DNA of 64,000 nt, from assembly GCA_050951545.1 (NCBI GenBank), contig JBMNJG010000009.1, positions 32,001 to 96,000 on the forward strand, written 5' to 3'. This document shows, in pieces, positions 1-10,915 of this stretch. The DNA comes from Limnochordia bacterium (GTDB taxonomy: Bacteria > Bacillota > Limnochordia > DTU080). The position numbers were made by a program, and so were the translations under genes. The notes below the pieces were generated by a model. It made no database searches. It had not been told where the DNA came from and saw only the letters and a program-made list of their open reading frames with translations. Within the stretch, counting starts at the first letter, position 1. Every line of letters starts with the position of its first letter.

Positions 1-217
1 CGGAAAGCGTGCTAGCCCTGCATCAGGCTATCCCGGGAATGAGAGCACTCATCACATTCCCCGAGACCGGCCACACCAACTCCCCGCACTTCTATCATCA
101 CATAGTGCAGTGGCACCGGCGATACCTCTCATCGGCGGCTATAGCCCTGGAAGACCTACAGCTTTAGCTGACGCGCCCCTGCCGCCGCGCCCTGCTCCAG
201 CACAACCCTCGGTGCAT

Positions 218-252
218 AAAATGGGCGCCCGTCTTTCTTTCGCGGACGCCCA
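218..252 (-). terminator. Probable intrinsic terminator of the TIM-barrel isomerase gene
   Basis: Stem TGGGCGCCCG...CGGACGCCCA with an A run on + (U run on -) just downstream of the stop at 280. Confidence 0.5.
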
Positions 253-279
253 GACTCTTTCCCCGGGCGCCTATCAGAT

Positions 280-1137
280 CTACGAGGCTTGGTCAGCCAC
301 GTACTGGGCCAGTAACCTCCTCCAGCACTCACCGAGATCAGAGGGTGTCCTGATCTCAGCGCCCTTTTTGCGCCCTACCTCAAACATAAACGGCCCTGGG
401 TAGCCCCCTTCAGCCAGTGCGCCGATCACCGCACTCCAGCTGATCGTCCCCTCGCCCGGCAGCCAGTGCCGCTCATCTACTCCATCATAGTCCGACATAT
501 GCACCGTATAGATGCGCCCACTCAGCTTCGTAGCAAACTCCTCAGACGGTTCCTGCAGAGGATGATTGGCATCCAAGCAAGCTCCGACGCCATCTAGACT
601 GGCCAGCAGCTCAAGCATTTCGCCACTGGTGTTGCACAGACACGTTCGCGGTAGACACTCCACCGCTAGCTTGATGCCGTAGCTATGCGCTGCCTGGGCC
701 ACCTGTTGCAGCGACTGCCTGGAGCGCTCCAGATAGTCTTGGCGTTCCTCATCTGGTATGGGTTCGGTACTTGGATGAATGACCGCTACTTCTGCCCCCC
801 ATCCAGTGCCTATCTGCAGAAAACGCTCCATGCTCGCTACAGCTTTCTCGGCAACCTCGCTATCAGGCGCGGCCAAGTCCCACTGGCGACCGAAAGGAAG
901 ATGCACTGACCATAGACGCAGCCCACTCTCCTTGATGCGCGCCACCCGCGCTGCCAGAACCTCCATGGCGGAAGGCTGACTGGCATCCACCCCTGCTCCG
1001 AACATCGTCAGCTCAATGCACTGCAGACCCGCATCCCGACACATAGCGAGATCCTCGCGTGTGCATTCACCAAGCATAGACGTCGATGTGCCCACCTGCC
1101 ATGTCCCCGGCGAGCTCTTGGCAATACAACTGTTCAT
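280..1137 (-). CDS. Sugar phosphate isomerase/epimerase (xylose isomerase-like TIM barrel, AP_endonuc_2)
   Basis: Metal motifs SVHLPF, VIHPS, AVECLP, CLDANH, HMSDYDGVDERHWLPGEG, FMFE. Confidence 0.85.
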   Translation of the reverse strand: MNSCIAKSSPGTWQVGTSTSMLGECTREDLAMCRDAGLQCIELTMFGAGVDASQPSAMEVLAARVARIKESGLRLWSVHLPFGRQWDLAAPDSEVAEKAVASMERFLQIGTGWGAEVAVIHPSTEPIPDEERQDYLERSRQSLQQVAQAAHSYGIKLAVECLPRTCLCNTSGEMLELLASLDGVGACLDANHPLQEPSEEFATKLSGRIYTVHMSDYDGVDERHWLPGEGTISWSAVIGALAEGGYPGPFMFEVGRKKGAEIRTPSDLGECWRRLLAQYVADQAS

Positions 1138-1375
1138 CTACATTGATACCTGCCCTTCCTGCATCTATGGAGTCTCTTGTTACGATGCTTCGCCTCGCCT
1201 GCGCTGCGGACCTTTACAGGTGAGCGACTCTTGGCCTTCGGTGATATCTCGTGGCGAGTGATCCAGTGTCCCTTCGCTAAAGTGATCGCGCATGCTAGCC
1301 TTCACACGGCATAGTACGGTATAGTAGAAGCGTTCGTATAGACCGCGCCCTGTCGCGGCAAGGCGGTGTCTGCCT

Positions 1376-2296
1376 GTGTCAACCGCAGCTGTTGAAGTCA
1401 CTGGCTTGCGCAAGCGCTACGCAGAGATCCAGGCAGTCGATGGCCTCTCCTTTGCGGTAGCTCCAGGCGAGATCTTCGGCATGCTCGGCCCCAACGGCGC
1501 CGGAAAGACCACTACCATCGAGATCATCCTCGGTCTGCGCCAAGCGGATGCGGGCACAGTGCGAGTTCTGGGCATGTCCCACGACCGGGAAGCAGCTGCC
1601 ATCAAAGCACGCATCGGTGCCCAGCTGCAGACCACCGGGATGTACCCCACGCACACCGTTCGGGAGATGCTGGAACTGTTCGCTACCTTTTTCCCCCGTC
1701 ATGTGCCTCTCACTGATCTCATCGCCAGCGTCGGCCTCGAAGAGAAGGCTGACTGTCAGGTCAGGCAGCTCTCCGGCGGCCAGCGCCAACGTCTAGCCCT
1801 GGCCTTGGCCCTGGTCAACAAACCCGAGGTGGTCTTTCTGGACGAACCGACCACAGGGCTCGACCCGCAAGCCCGGCACTCCGTATGGGAGATCATCCGC
1901 TCGCTGAAAAAAGAGGGTGTAGCCGTTCTGCTCACCACGCACTACATGGAAGAAGCGGAACAGCTATGTGACAGAGTAGCCATCATCGATAGAGGCAAGA
2001 ACATCGACATGGACTCGCCCGCTTCCCTTGTACGCAAGCACTTTTCGCATACCGTCATTGAACTCGAGCGATCCGAAGAGATGGTCCCAGATACCTTGCA
2101 GAGCTTGGCTGGCGTAGAGGAAGTGGTGTCGGGTGAGAACTGGCTCACCTTGTATTCAAGCAACATGCCAGCTACCATGGCTGCTCTTGTAGATCACGCG
2201 ACCCGGAAAGGGCAGACGCTCCAACAGATGGTGGTGCGACAGGCCTCCCTAGAGGACGTCTTCCTCAAGATCACGGGCAGATCGATCCGAGATTAG
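1376..2296 (+). CDS. ABC exporter ATP-binding protein (DrrA/NodI-like)
   Basis: Walker A GPNGAGKTT, signature LSGGQ, Walker B VFLDEPTTGLD, TTHY, C-terminal SLEDVFL. Confidence 0.93.
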   Translation: MSTAAVEVTGLRKRYAEIQAVDGLSFAVAPGEIFGMLGPNGAGKTTTIEIILGLRQADAGTVRVLGMSHDREAAAIKARIGAQLQTTGMYPTHTVREMLELFATFFPRHVPLTDLIASVGLEEKADCQVRQLSGGQRQRLALALALVNKPEVVFLDEPTTGLDPQARHSVWEIIRSLKKEGVAVLLTTHYMEEAEQLCDRVAIIDRGKNIDMDSPASLVRKHFSHTVIELERSEEMVPDTLQSLAGVEEVVSGENWLTLYSSNMPATMAALVDHATRKGQTLQQMVVRQASLEDVFLKITGRSIRD

Positions 2297-2308
2297 GGGC
2301 GATGACCA

Positions 2309-3040
2309 GTGATGAAAGCAGCGTTTGCCATCTACAAGGCCAACTGGAGAGAGTATGTCCGCACCCCTGCTGTGCTTGCCTTCACCGTGATCATGCCCCT
2401 TGTCTTGGCGATCTTCCTCAGCCTTATCATGGGCGACCAGCCCGGCTTCACCAGCGAGTATTACCTGCCGAACATGCTGGGCGTCTCACTCATGTGGCTA
2501 GGGGTGTTCGCCACTGCTCAACCCCTCGTCGAGCAGCGTGAACAGAAGCTATTCCGCCGGATGGCCGTGACGCCGCTCTCCAGACGATCGATGCTTGCGG
2601 GACAAGTCGCCTTTCGAGTCAGCATTGGCCTGGGTCAGGCAGCGCTCTTTCTGCTGGCTGGGCGCCTCGGTTTTGGCCTATTCATACAAGGCCATCCGGG
2701 GCTGCTTATCGCGGCGACGGTCATGGGTGCTCTTGTGTTCGTCACCCTGGGTTATGTGCTTGCTGGCCTCACTCCAAACCTTGAGGCTGCCCCGTTGGTC
2801 GCCCAGCCCGTTCAGATGGGTATGATGTTCCTATCAGGTACGCTCCTGCCGAGCGCCATGCTCCCCGTCGGCGTGCGTCCTGTAGTGCATGTGGTGCCCC
2901 TCACCTATGTGGCCGATGCCCTGCGTCAGACGGTATCCGCTCTGCCGCCCCTCTACCCCCTCTGGATTGATTTCGCCGCTATGGCGGGGTGGATCGTCCT
3001 GTTCTCCTTGCTCTCCTTAGCCCTCTTTCGCTGGGAATAG
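2309..3040 (+). CDS. ABC-2 type transporter permease
   Basis: About six hydrophobic segments, ERE..FRR..TPL-like and FLSG..P motifs, directly downstream of the ATPase. Confidence 0.9.
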   Translation: MMKAAFAIYKANWREYVRTPAVLAFTVIMPLVLAIFLSLIMGDQPGFTSEYYLPNMLGVSLMWLGVFATAQPLVEQREQKLFRRMAVTPLSRRSMLAGQVAFRVSIGLGQAALFLLAGRLGFGLFIQGHPGLLIAATVMGALVFVTLGYVLAGLTPNLEAAPLVAQPVQMGMMFLSGTLLPSAMLPVGVRPVVHVVPLTYVADALRQTVSALPPLYPLWIDFAAMAGWIVLFSLLSLALFRWE

Positions 3041-3158
3041 ACCCGGTTCTCCACCTCCAGGCGCGCTACGCAAGACAAGCCTCTGCAAAGGAAAAGCCGC
3101 CCTCTGCAGCGAAAGCGACTGCCAGGGTCACGCCCAAAAAACATGAGAGGTGGAGTCG

Positions 3159-6100
3159 ATGGACACACAGTCTTTCCTTAACCCGCCCGCTCAGTACAGG
3201 CCAATCCCCTTTTGGTCGTGGAACGATCGCCTACAGCCCGCTCGACTGCAGCAGCAAGTGCGTGCCTTTGCCAACGCTGGTATGGGTGGCTTCTTTATGC
3301 ATGCCAGGCCCGGAATGCGCACGCCCTTCCTCTCTGAGGAATGGTTTGCCGCGGTAAGCGCCAGTGTCGAAGAAGCCACCGCACACGGCTTACAGGCGTG
3401 GATCTATGATGAGTCAAGCTACCCAAGCGGCTTTGCCGGGGGATTCGTGCCCGCCAAGAGGCCAGATCTGGCTCAGAAGTGGCTGACTTGCCGCCCTGTA
3501 CAGACGGGCCCGGCCACACCCAGTGGGGCTACCCAGCTAGGCCTCTTTGGAGTCACCGACTCTACATATGTGCGTTGTGGCTCAGACACGAAAGCAACGA
3601 CGGAGGGCCGCCTTGTGCAGTTCGTGGTTGAGGCCCATCAGGGCACGGGGTGGCTCAACGGCTATCCGTATGTGGATTTGCTTCACCCCGATAGCGCTGC
3701 CACTTTCCTGGAGATAGCCTATGCTCCCTATGCTGCCCGCTACGCAGAGCAGTTTGGCGCAGAGATCCCAGGCGTCTTTACCGATGAGCCCAACATTAGC
3801 CCTGGTGGCGGTGCCCGCCTACCCTGGACCCCAGATCTGCCCCAGGCCTACCGAGAGCGCTACGGCGACGATCTGCTTGAGCGCCTGCCTGAGCTGTTCC
3901 TCGACGTAGGCCAGTACAACGCCACTCGCTACCGCTACTGGCGCTTGGTGACCCAACTCTTCATCTCCAACTGGATGAAGCCTGTCTACGATTGGTGTGA
4001 GCAGCACCACCTGCAGTTTACTGGCCATCTGTGGGAGCACGTCTTCTCCCCCATGTACTCGGGTAGCCTCATGGCACCATTTGAGTACATGCACATCCCA
4101 GGCATCGACCTTTTGGGGCGCGATGTGGCCAACGCACGTCTGCCTCAAGACACAGACGTGCCGCGACAGATGGGAGACGTGCATATGGTCAAGGTAGTGA
4201 GTAGCGTAGCCCACCAGCTCAATCGGCCGCGTGTGTTATCTGAGACCTATGGCGGCGGCGGTTGGGACATGCCCTTTGAGACGCAGAAGCGCTATGCAGA
4301 GTGGGAGTATGCGCTTGGCGTGAACCTGCTGAACCAGCACCTCAGCCACTATTCACTGCGCGGCTACCGCAAACACGACTATCCTATCTCTTTCATGGAT
4401 CACCAGCCCTGGTGGCCTGACTACCGGCTCCTTGGCGACTACTTCGGCCGCCTCAGCTACGCTCTATCCCAGGGACAGTACCACGCCGAGCTATTGATTG
4501 TGCATCCCATGGCCAGTGTCTGGGCTGAGTGGCGCCCAAGCCTACCTGCGGCGATCGCCGGAGCTGGCGATAGCCACATGCCGCGGCAACAGGCGCGCGA
4601 GCACGCCATCGATACGCTACTCAAAAACCTGTCTGCTGCCAGCTGGTCCTATGATCTCGGTGATGATCTGATCATGGAACGACACGGGTGTGTAGTGACT
4701 GAAGGTGCCGGGGCCCCCTACCTGCAAGTGGGTGCCATGCGTTACAGAGCCGTGGTGGTCCCCACGTGCACCAATCTGGCAGAAAGCACCCTGCATCTGT
4801 TGCAGGATTTCGCCGCAGCAGGCGGCCCCATCTTCCTGCTGCCGCCTCTGCCCTACCAGGTGAATGGTCAGCCTGTCAGCCTCAACGCCCTGTTCAGTCA
4901 CTGTAGTGTCGTCCACTCGCCAGCAGAGCTCGTGGCTCGCCTCGACACCGCAGAGGAGACAGGTGAATTGGCGCGGGCAGTACGCACGAGTACCTCGACG
5001 CCATGGGCCCCCATCTACCATCTGGTGCGCAAGACTGATGAAGGCGACTTCATCTTCCTGGCCAACATGGGAGACGTGCCGCATCTGGGCGAGAACATCT
5101 GGCTCTCGGGCACTGGCCCCGTAGAGCGCTGGGACCTGCGCACAGGAGCCATCGACGTGTTACCCACGTGTGCGGGGGCTGGGGGAGTGTATGTGACCCT
5201 TGATTTCGCCGAAACCGAGTCTCATCTGCTCTTTCAGCGCAAGCATCCCGACAAGCAGAGTTACCCGCTGGCACCAAACGCACTAGCTGGCAGACACCTA
5301 CCACAGACCAGTCGTGCCCAGCGTGCACTAAGCGATACCTGGGAGTTCAAGCGCCTGGATCCCAACGTGCTCGTCTTGGACCGCGCCGCGTTCTGTGTGG
5401 GTGATGGAGCCTTCTCAGAGTGCATGTTCACGCAAGAGATCGCCTGCCGACTGCGGCAGCGCTACGGTGTACCCACACACCCGATTCGAGACGTGCAGCC
5501 CTGGGTCAAGCATCCTCAGGGACCCCCGGCTTACGACGAACAGGTGGTCATCCGCTATAGTGTACAATCGGATCTGCCGCTTCCTTTCGAGCTGGATCTC
5601 GTCGTGGAAGACGCTGCAGATTTCGAGGTGTGGGTCAACGGCTATCCTGTCAGTTTTGCCACTGCCTCTTGGCTGGATCCTGCGTTTCAGCGGGTGTCAA
5701 TCAAGGAGTACTGGCTACAGGGCCGCAACACGATCACCTTGCGCTTCCGTTTCCATGAGGATCTTCCCGTAGAACCAGCCTTCTTGCTCGGCGATTTCGG
5801 CGTCAAGAGCAGTGACGGACACCACTTCTATCTCTGCCCTGAAAGTGAGAGCATCACTGGCGGCACATGGATTGGCCAGGGCTATCCTTTCTTCGTCGGC
5901 CGAGCCGTCTATAGCCAGACCCTCCAGCTCAGCGAGAGCGACTTGTCGGGTCCTGTCTGGCTGGAGCTCAGCGACGTGCCCAACGTAGCTCGTGTGCGCT
6001 GCAATGGCCAAGAGGTGGGGCCTGTTGCTTGGCGACCCTACCGCGTGGAGTTGACGAAGGGCTTGCGCCCGGGCAGCAACAAATTGGAGATCGAAGTGGC

Positions 6101-6260
6101 CAATAGTCTGCACAACGCTCTAGGGCCACTGCACATGCCGCTCCTACCAGCAACTATTGGGCCGCCACAATACACCTATCATCCGTCGTGGACTCGCGAC
6201 TACCGACTCGTGAGCGATGGCCTGGCGCACCGCCTGAGCCTGTTACTCGCCGACAGTTGA
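3159..6260 (+). CDS. Glycoside hydrolase family 106-like (alpha-L-rhamnosidase-like) protein
   Basis: PFWSWN, GMGGFFMHAR, WIYDE..YPSG.AGG, FTDEP, SETYG motifs and C-terminal beta-sandwich; ATG after GAGGTGG RBS. Confidence 0.8.
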   Translation: MDTQSFLNPPAQYRPIPFWSWNDRLQPARLQQQVRAFANAGMGGFFMHARPGMRTPFLSEEWFAAVSASVEEATAHGLQAWIYDESSYPSGFAGGFVPAKRPDLAQKWLTCRPVQTGPATPSGATQLGLFGVTDSTYVRCGSDTKATTEGRLVQFVVEAHQGTGWLNGYPYVDLLHPDSAATFLEIAYAPYAARYAEQFGAEIPGVFTDEPNISPGGGARLPWTPDLPQAYRERYGDDLLERLPELFLDVGQYNATRYRYWRLVTQLFISNWMKPVYDWCEQHHLQFTGHLWEHVFSPMYSGSLMAPFEYMHIPGIDLLGRDVANARLPQDTDVPRQMGDVHMVKVVSSVAHQLNRPRVLSETYGGGGWDMPFETQKRYAEWEYALGVNLLNQHLSHYSLRGYRKHDYPISFMDHQPWWPDYRLLGDYFGRLSYALSQGQYHAELLIVHPMASVWAEWRPSLPAAIAGAGDSHMPRQQAREHAIDTLLKNLSAASWSYDLGDDLIMERHGCVVTEGAGAPYLQVGAMRYRAVVVPTCTNLAESTLHLLQDFAAAGGPIFLLPPLPYQVNGQPVSLNALFSHCSVVHSPAELVARLDTAEETGELARAVRTSTSTPWAPIYHLVRKTDEGDFIFLANMGDVPHLGENIWLSGTGPVERWDLRTGAIDVLPTCAGAGGVYVTLDFAETESHLLFQRKHPDKQSYPLAPNALAGRHLPQTSRAQRALSDTWEFKRLDPNVLVLDRAAFCVGDGAFSECMFTQEIACRLRQRYGVPTHPIRDVQPWVKHPQGPPAYDEQVVIRYSVQSDLPLPFELDLVVEDAADFEVWVNGYPVSFATASWLDPAFQRVSIKEYWLQGRNTITLRFRFHEDLPVEPAFLLGDFGVKSSDGHHFYLCPESESITGGTWIGQGYPFFVGRAVYSQTLQLSESDLSGPVWLELSDVPNVARVRCNGQEVGPVAWRPYRVELTKGLRPGSNKLEIEVANSLHNALGPLHMPLLPATIGPPQYTYHPSWTRDYRLVSDGLAHRLSLLLADS

Positions 6261-6296
6261 GCCGATCACAGCAGAACGTGTGCGCAACAAACAAAC

Positions 6297-6331
6297 CACG
6301 CGGGGCAACACCTGAGCCCCGCGTGTTCTTT
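6297..6331. terminator. Bidirectional intrinsic terminator between convergent genes
   Basis: CACGCGGGGC-loop-GCCCCGCGTG flanked by A-rich and T-rich tails. Confidence 0.75.
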
Positions 6332-6345
6332 ATGTCTATTCAGGA

Positions 6346-7788
6346 TTACATGTCACCGAAGTCGGCCTTGAAGGCCGCGGCCAGCTTCTGCCCCCAGTCA
6401 CCGATAGGTGCCAGACGCCCGATAAAGAAGCGCAGAGCAGGCGGCTCTTGCACAAACTTCAGACCACCGATCAGCTCGCGATGCTCGTACAGCCAAGCCA
6501 AGCGGTCTACCACATACTCCATGTGAGCCATCGAGTAGACGCGTCGCGGCACGGCTAAACGCACCAACTCCAGGTCAGACGGTATATCTTCACCGTTCTC
6601 GTCTCGCTCACTGGAGACAGTACCTCGCTCCATGCCTCGCACACCGGAGACAATGTAAAAGGCGGTCACCAAAGCACCCGCAGGATACTCCTTCTGAGGA
6701 ATATGCGAGCAGAACCTCATGGCATCCACATGGCCCGCCAAGCCGCCCGGCGGCGTAACCGCTGGAATGCCCCGTTTGACCATCAGGTCTACGAGAAAGG
6801 CGATGAGATCGACTGAAGCACTGGCGGCCTCCACATCGGTCATCTCGCGCAGACCCACGGCCATAGCCTCTACTTCCTTGGACGACATGCCTCCATAAGT
6901 CAAGAAACCCTCAAAGACTGGCAGCCACTCACTGAGCTTCCTGTGATACTCCGCATTGCTCGTCGCCACCAGCCCACCACGGGCACAGGTGCTCTTGCGC
7001 CCCGACATATAGATGAGGTCGGCCTGGGCCATCATCTCCCGCACAATGTCAGCAATAGACCAATCGGCATAGGCAGAGTCGCGCTGCTTGATCATGTATG
7101 CATTCTCAGAAATCAGCGAGCAGTCAATGATCACCGGAATGCCGTGTGTTCTGGCTATCTCACGCACAGCCTTCAAGTTGGTCAGCGAGAAGGGCTGGCC
7201 ACCAATCAGATTCGTGGTCGCTTCCATCCTGACAAACGAGATGCGCTCGGCACCATGCTTGGCGATGTTCGCCTGGAGCTTGTCCAGATCAATGTTGCCC
7301 TTAAAGGGATTATCGCTTGCGGTCTGCAAGGCATCGTCACAGAAGACCTCGATTACTTTGCCACCCTGCATCTCAAAGTGGGCCTTCGAGGTAGTGAAGT
7401 GATAGTTCATCAGCTGGATGTCGCCGGGTTTGATGAACACGCGGGCCACAAGATGCTCACAGGCTCTGCCTTGATGCACAGGCAGACAGTACTTAAAGCC
7501 CATCACATCTTGAACCGCCTCTTGTAGCCGGTAGTAACTCTCTCCACCGGCATAGGCGTCATCGGCCACCATCATGGCCCCCAGCTGGTTGTCGCTCATG
7601 GCGTTCGTACCGCTATCAGTGAGCATGTCCAAGAAAACATCGCGGGTGCGCAGCAAAAACGTATTGTACCCTGCCTCTTCTATGGCCTTGATGCGGCGCG
7701 AGAGAGGTGGAAGTGTCGTCTGCTGCACCACCTTGACCTTGTGCATGTCAATGGGGATCGTCCTACCATCCGAGAGCTTCACATTCAT
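6346..7788 (-). CDS. tnaA: Tryptophanase / tyrosine phenol-lyase family PLP beta-eliminating lyase
   Basis: GYNTFLL, DMLTDSGTNAMS, DDAYAG, HQGR, FKGNID, PLP-lysine MSGRK, EGFLTYGGM, VRGMERG, LAVPRRVY; tnaA versus tpl not resolved. Confidence 0.8.
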   Translation of the reverse strand: MNVKLSDGRTIPIDMHKVKVVQQTTLPPLSRRIKAIEEAGYNTFLLRTRDVFLDMLTDSGTNAMSDNQLGAMMVADDAYAGGESYYRLQEAVQDVMGFKYCLPVHQGRACEHLVARVFIKPGDIQLMNYHFTTSKAHFEMQGGKVIEVFCDDALQTASDNPFKGNIDLDKLQANIAKHGAERISFVRMEATTNLIGGQPFSLTNLKAVREIARTHGIPVIIDCSLISENAYMIKQRDSAYADWSIADIVREMMAQADLIYMSGRKSTCARGGLVATSNAEYHRKLSEWLPVFEGFLTYGGMSSKEVEAMAVGLREMTDVEAASASVDLIAFLVDLMVKRGIPAVTPPGGLAGHVDAMRFCSHIPQKEYPAGALVTAFYIVSGVRGMERGTVSSERDENGEDIPSDLELVRLAVPRRVYSMAHMEYVVDRLAWLYEHRELIGGLKFVQEPPALRFFIGRLAPIGDWGQKLAAAFKADFGDM

Positions 7789-7898
7789 GAGATCCTACCT
7801 TCCTTCCGTCCTGCATATGGCGTGCATGTCAGCATTTGCCCAGCACCCCATTACACACTACATTACCATCTCTGGCGTGATTCCATCAAGGCGACAAG

Positions 7899-9230
7899 TT
7901 AGTTTTGGGCAAGAATAGCTTTCCATTGTCGAGCTGCCTCTTCAAGCGCGGTATGAGCAGCGAGCTCGCCTTCGATGGCCAAGGAATACTGGTCAGCCCA
8001 CGCCTGAGCCACATCGACCGCTCTCGGATACACCGGGAACGGACGGCAGAAGTCCAGCGCGTCATAGACCGACTGTACCAGAGGCCAACGGCGCACATAG
8101 GCACTTACTGTCGAGCGTCGCGGTGAGATGAGACCTTGTTCGGCGTCGATATCCATCAATATCGTGGGCGAAGTCAGGGTCTTGATGAACTCCCACGCCA
8201 GCTCCTTGTTTTGACTTTGGGTATGTATAGCCAACCAGTCACTAAAAACAGCGGTCACACGGTGCTTATTGCCAGGCACTGGCAAAATCGCCCGCACGGC
8301 ACCGACCAACTCAGGAGCAACCTGATAGACCTGAGTGGCCGTCCCCCCAGCGGTCAAGGCAATGCCTGCAGCACCCCGCAAGATGGGGTCTCCCGACCCA
8401 CCGGGTAAGCTCAAACCGAAACCAGGCGGTCTGACGGCCTCTTTAAGCTGGATCAGGTACTGCAGTGTCTCCAGGCCCTCTAGCTTCTGGAACAGTGGTT
8501 CAAACCGCTCATCAAACAAGTCGCCACCGTTTTGCCACAGGTAGACCACGTAATCCTGGATTTTCCCAGAGGCACTCGCCTTGCCAGTCCAACGCGACAA
8601 GTCATAGCCCTGCCGAATTACCGAATTAGACTCCGTGAGAGTCAGTTTCTTGGCCGCTGCCAGAAGCTGTGACCATGTGGCAGGTGGATTCGCTGCATCC
8701 AGTCCACTGGTATCGAAGAAATCAGTCCTGTACCACCACAGCCTGGGAGCTACGTACAGCGGTACACCATAGTTTGTGCCCTTCCAAGTAGAGCTGCCAA
8801 ACGCTGGGGGAAAGAAGTCGGAACGGTCACGCCACGTAGCAAACTCGCGATCGAGCGGCGACACGAGATTCGTTTCCACCAGATCGAGAATGTGCTGTGC
8901 CCCATTCATGAACACATCGGGGGCCACCCCACCTGCGGTGGTGATGAGCAGCTTCTCCTGACGTGTAATCCAGTTTACCTTATCGATGAGTACTGTGACA
9001 TCATGAGCTTTCTCGAAATCGGGTAACACATTGTTATTAATGTACCTAATGGTAACGGAAGGTAGCGCCAGCTGAACACGTAACTCCTTCTTCGCCGAGG
9101 CCTGAGGTGCTGCCATGAGTATGACCAAGAGACCTAGAACCACGAATACCAGCATCTGCCGCTTGCACAAAGTCAGAAACCTCCATACCTTGAGATCATC
9201 GCCCGCACGTAAGGCGAATGCATCGCACAA
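7899..9230 (-). CDS. Sugar ABC transporter substrate-binding protein (SBP_bac_1/8); start probably further downstream
   Basis: Signal peptide, AGGVAPDV, YGVP, PPATW, NKELAWEFIK. Confidence 0.88.
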   Translation of the reverse strand: MCDAFALRAGDDLKVWRFLTLCKRQMLVFVVLGLLVILMAAPQASAKKELRVQLALPSVTIRYINNNVLPDFEKAHDVTVLIDKVNWITRQEKLLITTAGGVAPDVFMNGAQHILDLVETNLVSPLDREFATWRDRSDFFPPAFGSSTWKGTNYGVPLYVAPRLWWYRTDFFDTSGLDAANPPATWSQLLAAAKKLTLTESNSVIRQGYDLSRWTGKASASGKIQDYVVYLWQNGGDLFDERFEPLFQKLEGLETLQYLIQLKEAVRPPGFGLSLPGGSGDPILRGAAGIALTAGGTATQVYQVAPELVGAVRAILPVPGNKHRVTAVFSDWLAIHTQSQNKELAWEFIKTLTSPTILMDIDAEQGLISPRRSTVSAYVRRWPLVQSVYDALDFCRPFPVYPRAVDVAQAWADQYSLAIEGELAAHTALEEAARQWKAILAQN

Positions 9231-9285
9231 GAGTTCCGCCCGCTGTCCTTCCTTTCCTGCTCTGGGCCCATTGTGTCACAAATGC

Positions 9286-9314
9286 GGAAGGCGCTGCCGC
9301 TGACAGCGCCTTCC
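9286..9314. terminator. Intergenic hairpin between two SBP genes
   Basis: GGAAGGCGCTG-ccgctga-CAGCGCCTTCC 11-bp stem. Confidence 0.5.
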
Positions 9315-9343
9315 TACAACCACAGACAATGACTCCCTGTTGT

Positions 9344-10642
9344 CTACTGGCCTCGTTTGGCCCAGTACTCATTCAAGATCGCCTGCATCTGACCTGAGGC
9401 CTGCTTCATAGACTCTTGCGCCGAGACAGCACCGGAGAGTACTCTGTTGATACTGCTACCCATGACTGATGACATCTGCCCAAACGTCGGCCAGTACTCA
9501 AAGTCGCGAGCGTACCCTTGCCCATAGAGGATGTTGATAATGAAGCTTTGCACCTCATTGCGCTGGGACTCAGGCAAGAGCTGATTGTAGACATCCCAGT
9601 GTCGCCGGATGGGCATGGTCGGAGGTGTACGTTGCGAAGCCGACCAGATGAAGTCGCAAGCCTCGCTCCCTAACCACTCCGCCAGTTTCCACGCTTGATC
9701 GGGACGGGGGTGATTGGACGGGATCGACCACAGATGGCCTTGTGCAAAGTGCCCTTGATCCTGGGGCGCTTTCGGGTAGGTCGTAAAGCGCCAGCGGAAA
9801 GGCTCGACGCCCTGCTGCATCAGCTTGACGATATTCTGTGTTTCGGTAGACCAGGTCTGCCAAAAGGCCAAATCGCCTGTGCCCATGAACGTAGCCCCTG
9901 AGCGCCGTGGATACTGGCTCGAGGGAGCAACATGAAGGTCTTGGATGAGCTCACGCCAGTACTCCAGCATCGCCACCGAGCCGGGTGAATCGACGAGTAC
10001 TCTACGCTGACTCTTGTCTATCCATCGGTGCCCGGCCCAGTTCTCCAACCACTGGATCGCGTGGGCCCCGGAAAGGGGATTCGCGGTGCCAAAGATCTGC
10101 TCTTCGGGCCGAGCTACCTTGCGTGATGCAGTGCGCAAGTCATCGACTGTCCAGTCGTACCCAGGGAAGGCCACTCCAGCCTCATCCAGCAGTTCCATGT
10201 TGACGATCCACAGTGTCGAGTTGAACCCCCAAGGCGTGCCCCACAGGCGGCCCTGGTAGGTGATGTTGTCTTTGATAACCGGAAAGAACCTGTCCAAGCG
10301 CATGATCTTGCTCTTGTTAACGCGGTCAGTCAGATCGAGCAGCATGCCGTCTTCGACAAACAATGATTTGTATTGCGCCCAAGTAAGGAAGACATCGGGT
10401 GCGGCACCGGCAGCATAGCGCACCTGCACTTTGGCGATGTACTCGCCGTAGGGAACGATCTCGAACTCCATCTCGTACTCGGGATTATCCTCCTCAAACC
10501 CCTCTTTGACTAGATTAAAGAAGTACTCCTGATCCGGAGTACCGTACATCATGAGTGTGAGCTTCGTTTTCGCACCCGAAACTGTGCCCACCATAAGAAC
10601 ACACAGCAACAACACCAGCCAGTAGCAACCGCGACTCTTCAT
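9344..10642 (-). CDS. Sugar ABC transporter substrate-binding protein
   Basis: Signal peptide, AAGAAPDV, LLDLT, DWT, HPRPDQAWKL. Confidence 0.9.
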   Translation of the reverse strand: MKSRGCYWLVLLLCVLMVGTVSGAKTKLTLMMYGTPDQEYFFNLVKEGFEEDNPEYEMEFEIVPYGEYIAKVQVRYAAGAAPDVFLTWAQYKSLFVEDGMLLDLTDRVNKSKIMRLDRFFPVIKDNITYQGRLWGTPWGFNSTLWIVNMELLDEAGVAFPGYDWTVDDLRTASRKVARPEEQIFGTANPLSGAHAIQWLENWAGHRWIDKSQRRVLVDSPGSVAMLEYWRELIQDLHVAPSSQYPRRSGATFMGTGDLAFWQTWSTETQNIVKLMQQGVEPFRWRFTTYPKAPQDQGHFAQGHLWSIPSNHPRPDQAWKLAEWLGSEACDFIWSASQRTPPTMPIRRHWDVYNQLLPESQRNEVQSFIINILYGQGYARDFEYWPTFGQMSSVMGSSINRVLSGAVSAQESMKQASGQMQAILNEYWAKRGQ

Positions 10643-10915
10643 CCTCCATCCTCCTCAGCGCATAATACGGCCATAGGCGCCGTCGCGTACTCCTGCCTGC
10701 ATCAGCCAAGCTGCTTCGACCTCACGCAACCACCGTTTTCCTTTGTGCCTAATGGGGCAGTTCAATGCAAGGCCTTGCCGTTCCTTCTGTCTCAGGTGAT
10801 AGAGCCTGAGGCTTCCTGCGGCCATCCCCAGAAGCGGCCTTCACGGCGCAGGAGTCGCGGATGCCTGTGCGGAATTGTTGGGACAAGGAGAATATGGCGC
10901 ACTGGAGGGCAGCGC